Assembly: GCA_965112735.1 (NCBI GenBank)
Contig: OZ218965.1
Span: 1,054,001 to 1,118,000, forward strand
Source of the DNA: Phaeosaccion multiseriatum
Taxonomy: Eukaryota; Protista; Ochrophyta, other classes
Length of the DNA: 64,000 nt
Reading direction: 5' to 3'
Under the pieces are notes generated by a model. It searched no databases. It was not told the origin of the DNA and worked only from the letters and a program-made list of their open reading frames with translations. Made by a program: the position numbers and the translations under genes. Below are positions 38,233 to 55,323 of the stretch, piece by piece. The first letter of the stretch is position 1, and each line of letters opens with the position of its first letter.

Positions 38233-41200
38233 GGCAGCTCCTGTGTCCTCCTCCTTCCCACCCGCCGTATCGGCACAAGCTTGCCGCTGTATCACCAACT
38301 GCTGATGCTGCTTCGGCTTCTGCTGCTGCTGCTGCTGCCCCTCCGCTTCCCCATCTTTGCTTCCTCCAGTGCCTTTCTTCGCCGCACTCTTGCCCTTTTC
38401 CCCCGCCTTCTTTACATCATCACTCTCCACCTTGCTTCCACCTCCTTTCCCTCCCTTTTGCCCCTTACTTTTCTTCTTGTTCTTACTCTTTCCCTTACCA
38501 GGCTTTCCCTGCGCCCCCGCTTCAACCTTGAAGTGGAGAGGGAGGAGGATCGGAAAGAAGGAGCGGAGAGGGACAGGAGGGAGAAGGAGAGAGCAACAGT
38601 GCCAGTTCAGTCGACCAGTCTACACCGGCATGACACAAGTAGGGCATGAACTGAACAAAACACATCGCTCTCCCAGCCTTCGTTCTGCACGCACGCACGC
38701 ACTCACGCACAAGCACTCACGCACTCACGCACTCACGCACGCACGCACTCACGCACTCACGCACTCACGCACGCACGCACTCACGCACTCACTCACTCAC
38801 TCACTCACTCACTCACTCACTCACTCAAGTACTCACCGATCCCTCTGCGTCGAGCGCTTCGAGCAGCGCAGCCTCGGCCTCCCTGGCTTTTGCCGCTTGT
38901 CGCTCGAGGTCCCCCTGCTTGGCAGCCTTCTCCCTCTCCTTCTCTTTCCTCTTATCCTCCGCCTCCTTTCTGCGAAGCGACAGACATTGGGGAGGGAGGA
39001 GCAAGACGAAATTATTCCGGAGTGTAGCTCATCTTACGCCCAAGGGGCCTGACCTTTCCCTTGCGTGCGTGCGTGCGTGTGCGTGCGCTTGTGTCATCGT
39101 CGACACTTCCGATATTTTCACGTATACTCTACTACACACATATATACATATACTATACACATACTATATACACACCTTCTTAACGCAGCCTTCGTAGCCT
39201 CCTCGAGTGCGCGAGCCTTGTCCGTCTCCCTGCTGATGGCCGCTAAGCGAGGAGCCATCAGGGCCAAGTAACTCTTCTTCTTTTTCTTTTTACACTGGTG
39301 TATGAGACGCACCACAGCACCGCGAGAGGGGGGGGGGCGTCATAGGAGGCGGAGGAGGAGGATGAGGAGGAGGAGAAGGGGGAGGAGGAGGAGGAGAAGG
39401 AGAAGGAGGAGGAGGAGGAGGAGGAGGAGGAGGAGGAGGAGGAGGAGGAGGAGGAGGAGGAGGAGGAGGAGGAGGAGGAGGAGGAGGAGGAGGAGGAGGA
39501 GGAGGAGGAGGGCGAAATTGGTCACGAAACGAAACCGCTCCATGAGAGCGAAACAGAGCGAGTGTGAGTGGGCTCCGCGTGGTGTTCGTAATGGACATGC
39601 TCTCTCTTCTCTTCTCTTCTCTTCTCTCCGGTGCGGGGCGACTCACGCCTCCCTCAGATACACCCAATTACCCATATACCCCATCTACCAAGGTTGGCAT
39701 CTCCCTCACAAATGTACACTCTCGAGCTTGCAACCCGCAACAAGAAAAGGAGAGGACAACGAGAGACGAAAAGCATTGGACATCAACCTCCGCAGGCACA
39801 CTCATCCATCCATCGTAGCGGCCGGTGCTCTGACCGATTCGTACGCACACAGATACTCACGAGCTCGAACGCGGAGTGGCTGAGCTTGGGGTCGGCCGTC
39901 CAGGTGGGGTCGGCGTTGAAGTCCAGCAGCAGCTTCACCAGCTCGTCTCGGTTCTCCTCGCTGCAGGCCTTGTGAAGGCATCTGTTGTTGCTGCTATCTG
40001 AAGGGCCCCAACGGCAGTAGTGTGCAAGAGGAGGGGTAGGAGGAGGAGGAGGATGAGGAGGAGGAGGGGGAGGGGGAGGGGGAGGGGTAGGAGGAGGACG
40101 AGGGGGAGGACGGAGGCGGAGGAGGAGGAGGAGGAGGAGGAGGAGGAGGAGGAGGAGGAGGAGGAGGAGGAGGAGGAGGAAAGAGGAGGAGTGAGGAAAG
40201 AGGAGGAGGTGAGGACGGACCGGGGGGCGGGGGGAAGTCATCACCAAACGGGCAGGCACATACCATCGCAGGTCAGTCTAGCGAGTCCAGTCCAGGGGGG
40301 AGTGAGCAGGTCAGATACACTCGTGTGCTGCTCTGCTTCTGAAGCTTCGCGACATCGATCACATTTAAGGTGTTCGATATTGATGCATTCCCCATTCTTT
40401 CAGAAACTGCTCTGCTTCTCCCTATCATACCTGGGGCGTTGACGTCGACTCCTCGCTGCAGCAGCAACCTGGCCATGACTGTATTGTTTGTGTGTACAGC
40501 CCAGTGCAAAGCCGGCACTGGCAGGCCGTCGTTCGGCTTGTTAAGAGCCTCCAGCTCATAGTGATCGAATAAGGCAGCCGCCTTTAGGGACAGGTGCAGA
40601 GGGGAGCGGCGGAGCGAAGGAGAATGGAGGGGAGAGGTGAAGTGGGGAGAAGTGAAGTGTCGGGGAAGCAGGGCACGGAAGAGGGCGAGGGATATACACA
40701 TGCACACGCGAGGAGGAGGAGGAGGAGGGACTCTGCTCGTGGTGCCATCCGACACTTCATGGAGAGCAATTGCGGCACGCCGAGCACGCAAAGACATTAC
40801 AGACGTTTCAGACTGCTCTTCCTTCCCACTCCCTCCCGCGCCTCTCCAACAGAGTAAGCAACCGACAGCCAGTGAGCAGCTCTCTCCCTTCACGCACCAG
40901 CTCGGTATGGCCAATGCGCAGACCCATAAGCAAAACGCCGTGCGTATCTTCTCCAAGAGGGTTCCCAAACCCAGGATGAGTCGGGGGTTTCCGCAGCCTC
41001 TTGGTCAGCTCGAGGCAGAGCAACACCTCCTCCTCCACAGTCGCTCTCTCTTCTTCGTCTACTTCTCTCAGTTGGGTCTCGAAGGATGCATTCATCATCC
41101 TCTCCTCATTCTCTTCCCCGTCTCCTTCACTTTCATCTCGCTTCTTGCTGCTGCTGCTGCTGCCCGCGCTCTTCCCTTTTCCTTTCCCCTTCGTGGTCCT

Positions 41201-41862
41201 GGCCTTGTCGGGCTTGTCCTTCCCCTCCTCCTCAGCCTCCTTCAGCTTCTCCTTAATCATCCTCCTCTTCCTCTCCTGCCGGGCCTGCCCTATCACGTGT
41301 AAGTGGCGGTGAAGCTGTGCGAGAGGAATGGGGCGACCACGTTAGCCCCGTGCCGTTAGGGAGAGAGGGTGAGGGAGAGAGGGAGAGAGGGAGAGAGGGA
41401 GACGGAGAGGCAGAGTGTGTGCGTACAAGAGGGAGGGAGAGGGGAGAGGGAGAGAATACGACCGGAGGAAAAGAGGGAGAGATGGAGTAGAATATCTGTG
41501 AAAAAAAGGGGGTTCAAGAGAGAGAGAGAGACAGAGAGAGGCAAGCGAGGAAAGATTGCGGAGGAGCGACCAGTCGAGCAGTGCCCCCAACTCCTTACCC
41601 CCCCCCTAGCCCCCGCTCTCTTCCCAAAGTCGTCACATCCACAAGGGCATCGAACTCACAATATAGAGGGCCATGAAGAGCGGACCTCCCTTCGTCCTCG
41701 TGTTGTGGTAGTCAGGATCCCCGCTGGGGCAGTAGCCCGCTTCGACCATGGCATCAAGCTGTCGAACACAGCACGCGCGGTGGGAGGGAAGGAGAGGAGA
41801 GAGCGCCGGAATGGAATGAGCAGGGCATCTCAGGTCCAGGCAACCAAGCGAGAAGCAAGCAA

Positions 41863-41904
<42 letters not shown>

Positions 41905-44900
41905 CATATTATATATATTGTGCGGTCTCCATACAGCAGCGACAGGAGGGGGGCCCCTTTCACCACGCCTCCCTCCACCGTCAATATATACACGTACAGC
42001 CCCTATCGACAGACCGCCACTCACATTCACACACTCACATAGTCGAGCATACCCATCGTCACAGCTTTGGTCATGGCGTTGCTGCGATGGCGGACCGCGT
42101 GTGTGGGGTTGAGGGCATCCTTCCGGCCTAGCAGGTGCTGAAGCGTCTGCAGAGGGTTGGTGCACCCGTCACGGTTCAGTATCAGACAGCTGCGCAAGAA
42201 GGCCGCAAAGAAAGGGGCAAGCGAGGGGGGAGAAGGTGACGGAGAAGGTGACGACATTGGTTGATAGGATTGCCGGGTGTGGGGATGGAGAACAGGTACT
42301 TCGCTCTGCCCTCCGCCCGGCCGGTACCGATGCCTGATGTCCTACCAGTAGGCGGTCACTATTGGCGCGAGTTGAGAAGATCGCCGGTCGGGGACCACAC
42401 CATAGACCCGAAGTACGCTCGCAAAGCCGCTGTCGAGCAGCGTATCCACAGCCTCCAGGTTGCCGCTCATGATGGCGGTGGTGAGGTACACAGGGCTGAA
42501 ATCCAATGTCTTCTGCTCCGCATGGCCTTGCCAGTGTCGTCCTAACGCCCCAATCAACGCCTTCACTTGCGGAGTGTACCAGCCCATACCCGTATGTCGG
42601 CCTGGTCAGCAACACGTCAAAAGCATAGCATTCAACGGAGGCAATCAGACCCTTGAGTGTGGCCTGTCGACGCCCCGAACCACCAACCCCCCTCAGCAGC
42701 AACAATTCCTCACGCACACACCCTTGCCTTACCCCTGGGCGAAGGATCCACAACGGAGAGAACGCGATCAATTAACTCGGCGTCCGAGGGAGGGGGGGCC
42801 ATTTTCACTATTCGATCAATCACCCTCTCCATGTCTTGCTGCTGCTGAGGCAGGAGGGGTCGCGACGATCCGATCACATTGCCGTGTTGGTCAACAGCGC
42901 CCCTGCAGAACTGAAAGGAGTGGAATCGCCACCACCACCACCACCACCACCACCACAACAACAACACAAGGCACAGACTAGTTAGAGCTAAACTCGTTTT
43001 TCTTAGAGCTGAACTCGATTTTCTGGAGGGGAAGGGAGGGGAAGGGGGCGAGTAAGGAGAGGATAAAGGAAGGAAGGAAGCCCACTCCGTTTTCAGTCAT
43101 ACCCTCCTCCGTTCTCGCCCTACCCACGGGCAGGCTTGACGCACTCACATGAATGCAGAGCAACACTCGGTAATGCTCCTGCGCTGACTCCGATTTGCCC
43201 ATGAGCTTGGAAGGGTGGATCGAAAGACATTTGGCACACACATGGCGGGGAATGTGTTTTCAGCACCAGGGCTAGGGTCAGGGTCAGCGTCAGGGTCAGA
43301 GTCAGGGTAGGGAACAGGCTTTGTCAGAGGAGTACAGCAGAGGCCGTGCGCATAGAGAAGGCGAATCCGCACCCGCCTCCAAGCAAGATTGAGTCTTTTT
43401 GGCCCATGCTGGGCGTGACACCACAGAACACAGAAAGAAGCAGCGCAGCAGAGGTTCCCAAAGGCCTCTTCCTTCCTTCAGAGTGAGGGCCGGGATAACC
43501 GCCTGTCTTACCCTACTTCGCCATCGCTCCCCTTCGCTTCGCCCATCGGAGGTATCGATCACCTTCTCGCCCGACACATCTAGCAGTATGTGACACTTCT
43601 CGCACAGCTCGGCATCCTTGAACGTGTCGTACTCGGACTCTGGCTGCGCCCTGGCTGCTGCGGCTGTATCACCAACTGCCCCTGCTGCTCCGTATGCCCA
43701 CGGCCCTGGCTCTTGCGCCCGAGCGGCAGGCACCACTCCACGGAAGTGCATCAAGGCCATAGCCAAGACATGGCACGACACACCCTTTTCAGAGTTGCAA
43801 TCCTCGTTCCACACGTTGAGCTCACCCGTCTTGCCCTCCACATCCTTGCTCGCTCTCCCTCGCCCCTCCCTCCACCCCACCAGCAGCGCCAACACCTCAG
43901 CACTGACGTTTTCTTCCACAAGCGCCAGTTCAAGAGGCGTCACCGGCCGGTCCTTGTACTTGCACTTCTTGTGGACGTCTGCCCCCAGCTCGAGCATCAG
44001 GCGCACCGCGTCGGGAAAGTTGTCAACCACCGCAGCGCCTAACAGGGTGCCCTCGGGTATGGCGTCAAACAGCTCAGGGTCGTCGACCTTCCAGTGCCCG
44101 ACCTTCTCGCACAGGACGATGACGCCGGAGGCAAGACCAGGTACACACACACACACACACACACACGCACATGCACACGCACAGAGAGAGAGTTGGAGGA
44201 GAGAAAGAGAGGGTCCAAGAAGGAGAAGGAAAGGGCAAAACACAGAAGAGAGAAGAGAGAAGGGGAAAGGGACACGCGGGTAGCCGTCTTGGATATGGAC
44301 GCCTTTGACGTGTCTCTCCGTGCCGCGTGTGACAGTCTACGACCCCCAGAGCTTACAACACAACGCGCACAACACGCATCCGCTACCACCCGCTACCATC
44401 CGCTACCATCCGCTACCATCCGCTGCCATCCGCTGCCATCCGCTACCCTCCCCCTCCCGCACTCACACTCACTCACTCACCTCCACCAGCACTCTGAGAG
44501 TGTTTCGCATCTTCATCGAGACCGTCCTGCCCCTGGACTGGCGGCTCACATCCTCTCGCTTCCCTTTCTGAGGGCTGTTGCCGCTTCTCCTCTGCCGCTC
44601 ATCCTCCTGTAGTTCCAACCGCATGGAGCTCACCAGCTAGAGGAGAGCACCGGGAGCCAGAGGTCAACAATAGAGCGAGCGAGAGACAGAGCAGGAGGAG
44701 GAGGAGGAGGAGGGGGAGGAGGAAGAAGAAGGAGAATGAGATGCGCGACATGTATATATATGTATTATTATAGAAAGAGAGGAGAGGGGAGGGCGTGTGT
44801 GTTGTGGGGGAGGGGAGAGAAGGAGAAATCACGGAAAAGGTGATTGCTTGGCAGAGGCATGCCAGAAAGGAGCGTTTGCAGACGCACAGAGCCCGCCAAG

Positions 44901-45305
44901 CTACTCGACGCCCACGCCGCCAATCCTCCCTCCCTCTCCCTTACCGTCTGAATCTCCGCTGTCGAGAGACCAGCCAAGGTGAGGGGTACCTGCTCTGATC
45001 GGCCCAGAAGGAGTCGCTGGAGGGGAGGGGAGGGGAGGGGAGGGCAAGGAGAACGGGATGAGAAGAGAAGACGGACAGGCCAGGAACAATCATCAGCAGA
45101 TGCGGTGGTTTCATGCTGCTCCTCCTCGTGGAGTGCCCAAGGCCAGTCAGCAGCGTCCTCTCACCTTGAGCGTGGCAGCCCTGCTAAATCTCACCATCTC
45201 CCACACGTTGGGCAGCTCTCTCGGCCTCCCGAGCACAACGTTCCCGTCCTTGGGCACTGCGCCCACAGTCAAAATGGCTCCCAAGGCTGCGCTACCTCCT
45301 TCCAA

Positions 45306-45337
<32 letters not shown>

Positions 45338-46106
45338 TGCTACTACTTGCACGGGCGGCATCTGAGGGAGTGGGGATGAGGTCTGCGGGTTCGGGTTGGA
45401 AGTCGATGTCTCCATTCGTCTCGCTGAGCAAGAAGGAGAGTACGTCGGCCGACTTCTCAAACATCTGCTGGGCAAGCTTCGCCTCCGTCGCCTGCTGCCT
45501 CCCTTCGCGCTCACCTTCTCTCCTCCCACCCTCCCCCACCTCCTCCCCCTTCCCCTCTTCGACTCGCAGCTGCTCCAGGTGAAGAATCCTGTTGATGAGA
45601 TCCTCTGCCTCCGCCAAGTAGCGTATTGTATAGCCGAGTAGCGACCTCCAGCATGGCTTCTCGCTTGGCCCGCCCCAACCACCACTCCCATTGCTACAAC
45701 CACTGCTTCCTTCTCCCTCTTCGTCCTCCTTCCTCGCCTCCTCGCCTCCGTTCTCTCCCTCGTCATGGCTGTTGAATGGCCTTACGGCGGGCACAGGAAA
45801 GCCAATGACAGTATGGGGGTCCAGCCTGTAGCGTACCACCAGCCGAGCCAGATCGACATCCCCGGTACGCAGCGCCATATCAAACACTCGAAGAAACACC
45901 ATATCCTCGCCGCCGAATCTCGCCACCACACTATCGTCGCCCTCTTCCTTCTCCTCGCACTCCACATACTCGCCCCTTCTATCCATCACGATCCTTAACA
46001 ACTGGGGGAGCTGTGGAGGCTCCTGGCGGGAGAGGAGTGCAGCAAATGCTTTAAGCAGATTGCGCTCCTCTCCAGGAGGCAGCGAGGCCCCAAAAAAGTC
46101 AGCCAT
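35788..46106 (-). CDS. Large multi-exon ankyrin-repeat + TPR protein; exon structure partly inferred, may be two genes
   Basis: Ankyrin-like exons LLGAAVVDNFPDAVRLMLELGADV, YLTTAIMSGNLEAVDTLLDSG, LHWAVHTNNTVMARLLLQRGVDVN, LHKACSEENRDELVKLLLDFNADP. TPR-like exons ALNNRALVSLQL and VLRLDSGNKKALFRRAEAHRLM. All lie on the minus strand with microsatellite-filled introns between them. Confidence 0.7.
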
Positions 46107-46891
46107 CTCCACCTACCCTTGTTGTCCCTCCCTTTCCCCCCTCCGGATTTTGTTTATTTGACGTGCACATTCGGTGCCATCTGCACTGCCTGAAAGGTAT
46201 AAATTCAAATTGTCATTTTACAGTTTTTCATTTTTTTCGTGCTGACGAGGCAGTTTGGCAGCGGAGATGTATGGTTTGGCAGCGCGCTGAGATGCGTAGA
46301 CAGAGGGGACCGATGCCGTCTTGCTTCAAACTCCTCGCTCACCTCATTGCCTCGCCTGCTCTCTTTCACCTCGTCGAGTAGGTGGCCCCAGGGACCCGAG
46401 CCATTATTAGCGCAAAGCAAAGGTGTTGTCGTGACCCCCCGTGCCGCGGCGTGGCTCATACCGGTGGGCAGAGTTATGGGTAGTAGGAGCCAGCATGCCC
46501 ACCCACGCTCCAAACCACGCGCCGAACGCGGCCCCTTATTTCTTCGGAGGGCAAGCACAACAGAGCACAGCAGTTTCCATCACCGAGCACCTCCTTGTTC
46601 GGGACCCTCAGAAACGTGCCAATAGACCACTGAGAGGGTAGCTCGATGAGTCTACCCATTGCTCGAGTTAGGGGGGGTGAGGGGCTCAGAGGGCAGCTCT
46701 CGCCACACCTTCCACTCCTCCCCCCCCGAGCGGAAGGAGCGGCGGCTTAACTCGGACGGTGGGCCCGAGGACGGAACCTCTGCCCCCTCCTTCGCTCCGT
46801 CTGCCGTATGAGGCAAATGCTGCAGCAGTGCGTCTCGTGTCGTCTTGCCTCCTCGTCTCTGGGGACAGAGCAAGGCCAAGCTGCCCCCGCT

Positions 46892-46922
<31 letters not shown>

Positions 46923-46977
46923 AAGCTGGCCACCCACTCATACGATGCAGGATACTCTTTGTAAATGGGTTGTCTTT

Positions 46978-48312
46978 TCAGGACGATGGTTCCTCCTCCA
47001 CCGTCTCCTTGTCAAAGCGCTGCGCGGATGCCAGCGCACCAATGAGCCTCTCGTACACGGCAATACCCTCCAAGAAGACACCCTTGTCCAAGTACTCGTT
47101 GTGTTCGTGCAGCAAGACGGGTGTATTCCTCATGGGTGAAAAGCCCAGGGCGGGCACCCCTAGCTGCCGCAAAAAGCGGGAGTCCGTGGCCGCGGGAAAG
47201 ATTTCCGGGTCGATGTTCGTGCCCACTTCCTTCATGGTGTCCACAAAGAGGCCCCACCAGGGGTTCTTGGCCCTGTCCAGAGAAGTGAGGTAGTGCTCGG
47301 AGAGAGGGGAAGTCCACTCTGCAAAGTCCCATGTGACACCCTCCTCCTTGCACCACTCGTCCACCATGGCACGGAAATCCTCGGGCTTGAGATGCGGACT
47401 GATGCGCACGTCGAACCCCGCCTCTGCCTCGATGGGGATCACATTGAGCGAGAAGGTTTTGCCGCCATCCGCTGTCACTCCCCCTCTGAGGAGGGTCAGG
47501 TTGAGCGTCGTCACATCGCCGAGCTTCTTGGCCGTGGCGTGGCTGCACCCTCCATGGTGTCCCAGCTCCTCCCGCTGCTGCTCTCTAAAGGCCAGCGCCT
47601 TGTTGCACACCTCCACGAGCTTCATCATGGCTGTGTCCTCGATGAAGCGGCTACCATGGCCCGTGTTGCCCGTGGCCTTGACGAGCAGCCACCAGGGCGT
47701 GCGCTCGCCGTAAAAGACGGTGTAGGCGTCGGCCGTGTTGGCCAGGCCCTCGTCCAGCGCAAGTCCCACTGGCTGCATCGCTTGCCACAGCTCACTGGCT
47801 AAAAAGGCTCCCATCCCGTCCTTGCCTCCAATCTCCTCGTCGGGGACAAAGCTCAGGTACACCGTGCGCACCGGCACGAAATCGGCGGCCTGTAGCCGGC
47901 GAATCGCCTCCAGGTACTGCACACACACGCATTTCATGTCCTGCGCCCCTCTGCCGTAGATTCTGCCGTCCGCCGTGAGCTCCCCTGCAAATGGGTCGGT
48001 GTCCCAGTGGTCTGACATGGCCGGGACGACATCGTAGTGCGAGTTGAGCAGCACGCACGGGAGGGAAGGTTCCGAACCCTGCCAGGTCATCAACACGACG
48101 GGCTTCCCTTCCACGCACTCCACCACCTCACAGGGCAGACCCAGAAGAAGGGCAAACTCACTGAGCCACAGAGCGGCCTCAGCATACGCCCCCGAGCGCA
48201 CCCCGGATCCACTCACTGTTGGGATGCGCAGGAAGGAGCGTAGATTCTCCACTTCGTCCTTGCTTATCTCCACACTTCCTTTGCTGCCCCTAGCACCATT
48301 CTCCTCGCCCAT
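46978..48312 (-). CDS. ACY1: Aminoacylase-1 (M20 peptidase family), intronless
   Basis: LRSFLRIPTV, LLNSHYDVVP, IYGRGAQDMKCV, FVPDEEIGG, ALDEGLA, GHGSRF, NVIP, FPAATDSRFLR, PVLLHEHNE in one uninterrupted ORF. Confidence 0.95.
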   Translation of the reverse strand: MGEENGARGSKGSVEISKDEVENLRSFLRIPTVSGSGVRSGAYAEAALWLSEFALLLGLPCEVVECVEGKPVVLMTWQGSEPSLPCVLLNSHYDVVPAMSDHWDTDPFAGELTADGRIYGRGAQDMKCVCVQYLEAIRRLQAADFVPVRTVYLSFVPDEEIGGKDGMGAFLASELWQAMQPVGLALDEGLANTADAYTVFYGERTPWWLLVKATGNTGHGSRFIEDTAMMKLVEVCNKALAFREQQREELGHHGGCSHATAKKLGDVTTLNLTLLRGGVTADGGKTFSLNVIPIEAEAGFDVRISPHLKPEDFRAMVDEWCKEEGVTWDFAEWTSPLSEHYLTSLDRAKNPWWGLFVDTMKEVGTNIDPEIFPAATDSRFLRQLGVPALGFSPMRNTPVLLHEHNEYLDKGVFLEGIAVYERLIGALASAQRFDKETVEEEPSS

Positions 48313-48367
48313 CTCTCTCCTGTCCTCCGTTCGCTGGAAGGGTGCGATCTTCCCCCGCGGAGACACA

Positions 48368-48461
48368 CTCCTGCACGAACTTCTGCGCGTGGTTTCGAGT
48401 AGAGACTCTGACACCCTCCTGCACGAACTTCTGCGCGTGGTTTCGAGTAGAGACTCTGACA
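48368..48461. repeat. 48-bp direct tandem duplication (2 near-identical copies) in the ACY1/Nth divergent promoter
   Basis: CTCCTGCACGAACTTCTGCGCGTGGTTTCGAGTAGAGACTCTGACA occurs twice with a 48-bp period. Confidence 0.9.
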
Positions 48462-48629
48462 AGCAGGGTGGAAGAAGGGAAAAAGGGAAAAAGGGAAGGG
48501 ATGGGGAGAGGAAAGCCGCAGTAAGTCAGCGGGAGATCTACGCAGAGTTGATAAAGTAGTTTTGCTCACGTGCTGCTGCCTTTGAGCGAGCAATATTGTG
48601 GTGGAGCAGCACTTGATGATACCCTGGTG

Positions 48630-53896
<5,267 letters not shown>

Positions 53897-53936
53897 ACAG
53901 CTCCACGGTAGACGTCCCCCCGTAAGGAATCCTCAA

Positions 53937-54250
53937 GCACACGCACGCACGCACGCAGCGCGCACCGTAGTGATTAGGAAGAGGGGGGCTTCATTGTGGA
54001 CCCAACTAAATTTTAGTTTCAGTTCCCACTTTTTTTCTGTGAAGTGATGCTCTCACATCATTTGTTGTTATATAGCAGCGGCAGTAGGACTCGCGGCAGG
54101 AGAATTACGAGGAGAATACTTGTATGTTGCACGAATAGCAGTCACACAAGCAGCGGCGTCACAAGTATGTTTCTAAGCGCTGGTCTTGGGCAGCAAAGAA
54201 ATTTGGAAGCCTTGAAGTGATCGGGCCACACGTCGTTTCTGTCATAGCAG
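53937..54250 (+). promoter_or_regulatory. Conserved upstream module of the ankyrin-like paralogues (further copies at ~56963-57160 and ~58940-59265)
   Basis: GCACGCAGCGCGCACCGTAGT ... TTTCAGTTCCC ... TCTGTGAAGTGAT ... TATAGCAGC precedes each paralogue. Promoter or 5'UTR-intron role is inferred. Confidence 0.55.
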
Positions 54251-54532
54251 CAGCGGCCGCAGCTCAAGAGGAGGCACGAGAACTAGCAGCAGAGAATACT
54301 CCCAAAGCATCTTCCGATTCAGGATAAGTTTTGTGGGGGGCGACCGTGCGGAGGGAGCGTCTTTGAGCGGGCCAGCGGCAGGAGGGGGAGGCACGGAGGC
54401 GCTGGCCATCAGGAACCGTCCACCGGCTCGAACAAGCCCCTTTTCTAGAGGCCTAGTGGAGATGAAGAATGGGGCGCAGCAGGCACCGTACCTCCCTGCT
54501 CAGCAGAGGAAGGAGGGCAGGAAAAGGCACCG

Positions 54533-54971
54533 ATGAGGCTGCAAGGCACTCCTTTGAAGGCCACCGAGCTCGTCGCGCTCGACATCATACAGCAACTCGA
54601 ACAGCAGGGCACAGGAAAGGTCCCTTGCCAGGTGCGGTCCGAGTCCCCAGCGGCGGGTCAAGTCATGTCGCAAACTCGGCCCAGTCAGTTGTGGACGGCC
54701 CCTACAACCCCCCAACGTGCTGGAAGAGGAAGTTGTGCGCTGCGCGGTCGTTGACTTTGTTGGGGGCGGATCACTATATCTCTTCACAGAGCTGGAGGAA
54801 TGCCTACGTGAGCAAGCATCTTTCACCATGCAAATCACATGGCAGTGTGACGCAGTCCGTGGACCGCATATATATATACCCGGCTCGGCGGAATGGATAC
54901 ACCGTGGATGTGAATACGCTTGCTTCGGCAGCCATGCAGCAAGACGTAAATATGTGCAGGGCGCTGTACCA
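54533..54971 (+). pseudogene. Truncated, frameshifted copy of the F-box-like/ankyrin-like gene (left arm of the fold-back)
   Basis: MRLQGTPLKATELVALDIIQQLEQQGTGKVPCQVRSESPAAGQ is homologous to 57483 onward. Indels lie around 54700-54800, and the copy ends at the palindrome centre. Confidence 0.85.
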
Positions 54972-55323
54972 CATCTGGTACAGCGCCCTGCACATATTTA
55001 CGTCTTGCTGCATGGCTGCCGAAGCGAGTGTGTTCACACCCCAAGGTGTACCCATTCCGCCGAGCCCAGTATATGCGGTCTACGGACTGCGTCACACTGC
55101 CATGTGATGTGCATGGTGAAAGATGCTTGCTCACGTAGGCTTTCTTCCAGCCCCAGCTGATCGAAGCAAAGAAGACATATTGCTTCGCCCCAACGAAGTC
55201 AACGACCGCGCAGCGCACATCCTCCTCTTGCAGCATCTTGGGTTTTTTAAGGGCCGTGCACAACTGAGTGGTCTGAGCATGCGACATGACTTGACACGCC
55301 GCTGGGGACTCGGACCGCACTTG
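54629..55323. repeat. Long inverted repeat (fold-back), ~345-bp arms, 4-nt loop CATC at 54972-54975
   Basis: 54922-54971 is the exact reverse complement of 54976-55025. The outer arms pair with mismatches out to CAGGTGCGGTCCGAGTCCCCAGCGG / CCGCTGGGGACTCGGACCGCACTTG. Confidence 0.95.

Noticed and set aside
46200-46940. Short minus-strand ORFs as extra 5' exons of the ankyrin-TPR gene
   Set aside because: No convincing start or phase-consistent splice path could be built; left unannotated.
54629-55323. Fold-back as a MITE/foldback transposon or chimeric read artefact
   Set aside because: The arms are host-gene coding sequence with no target-site duplication, and they differ by many substitutions and indels, which a read-level artefact would not give.
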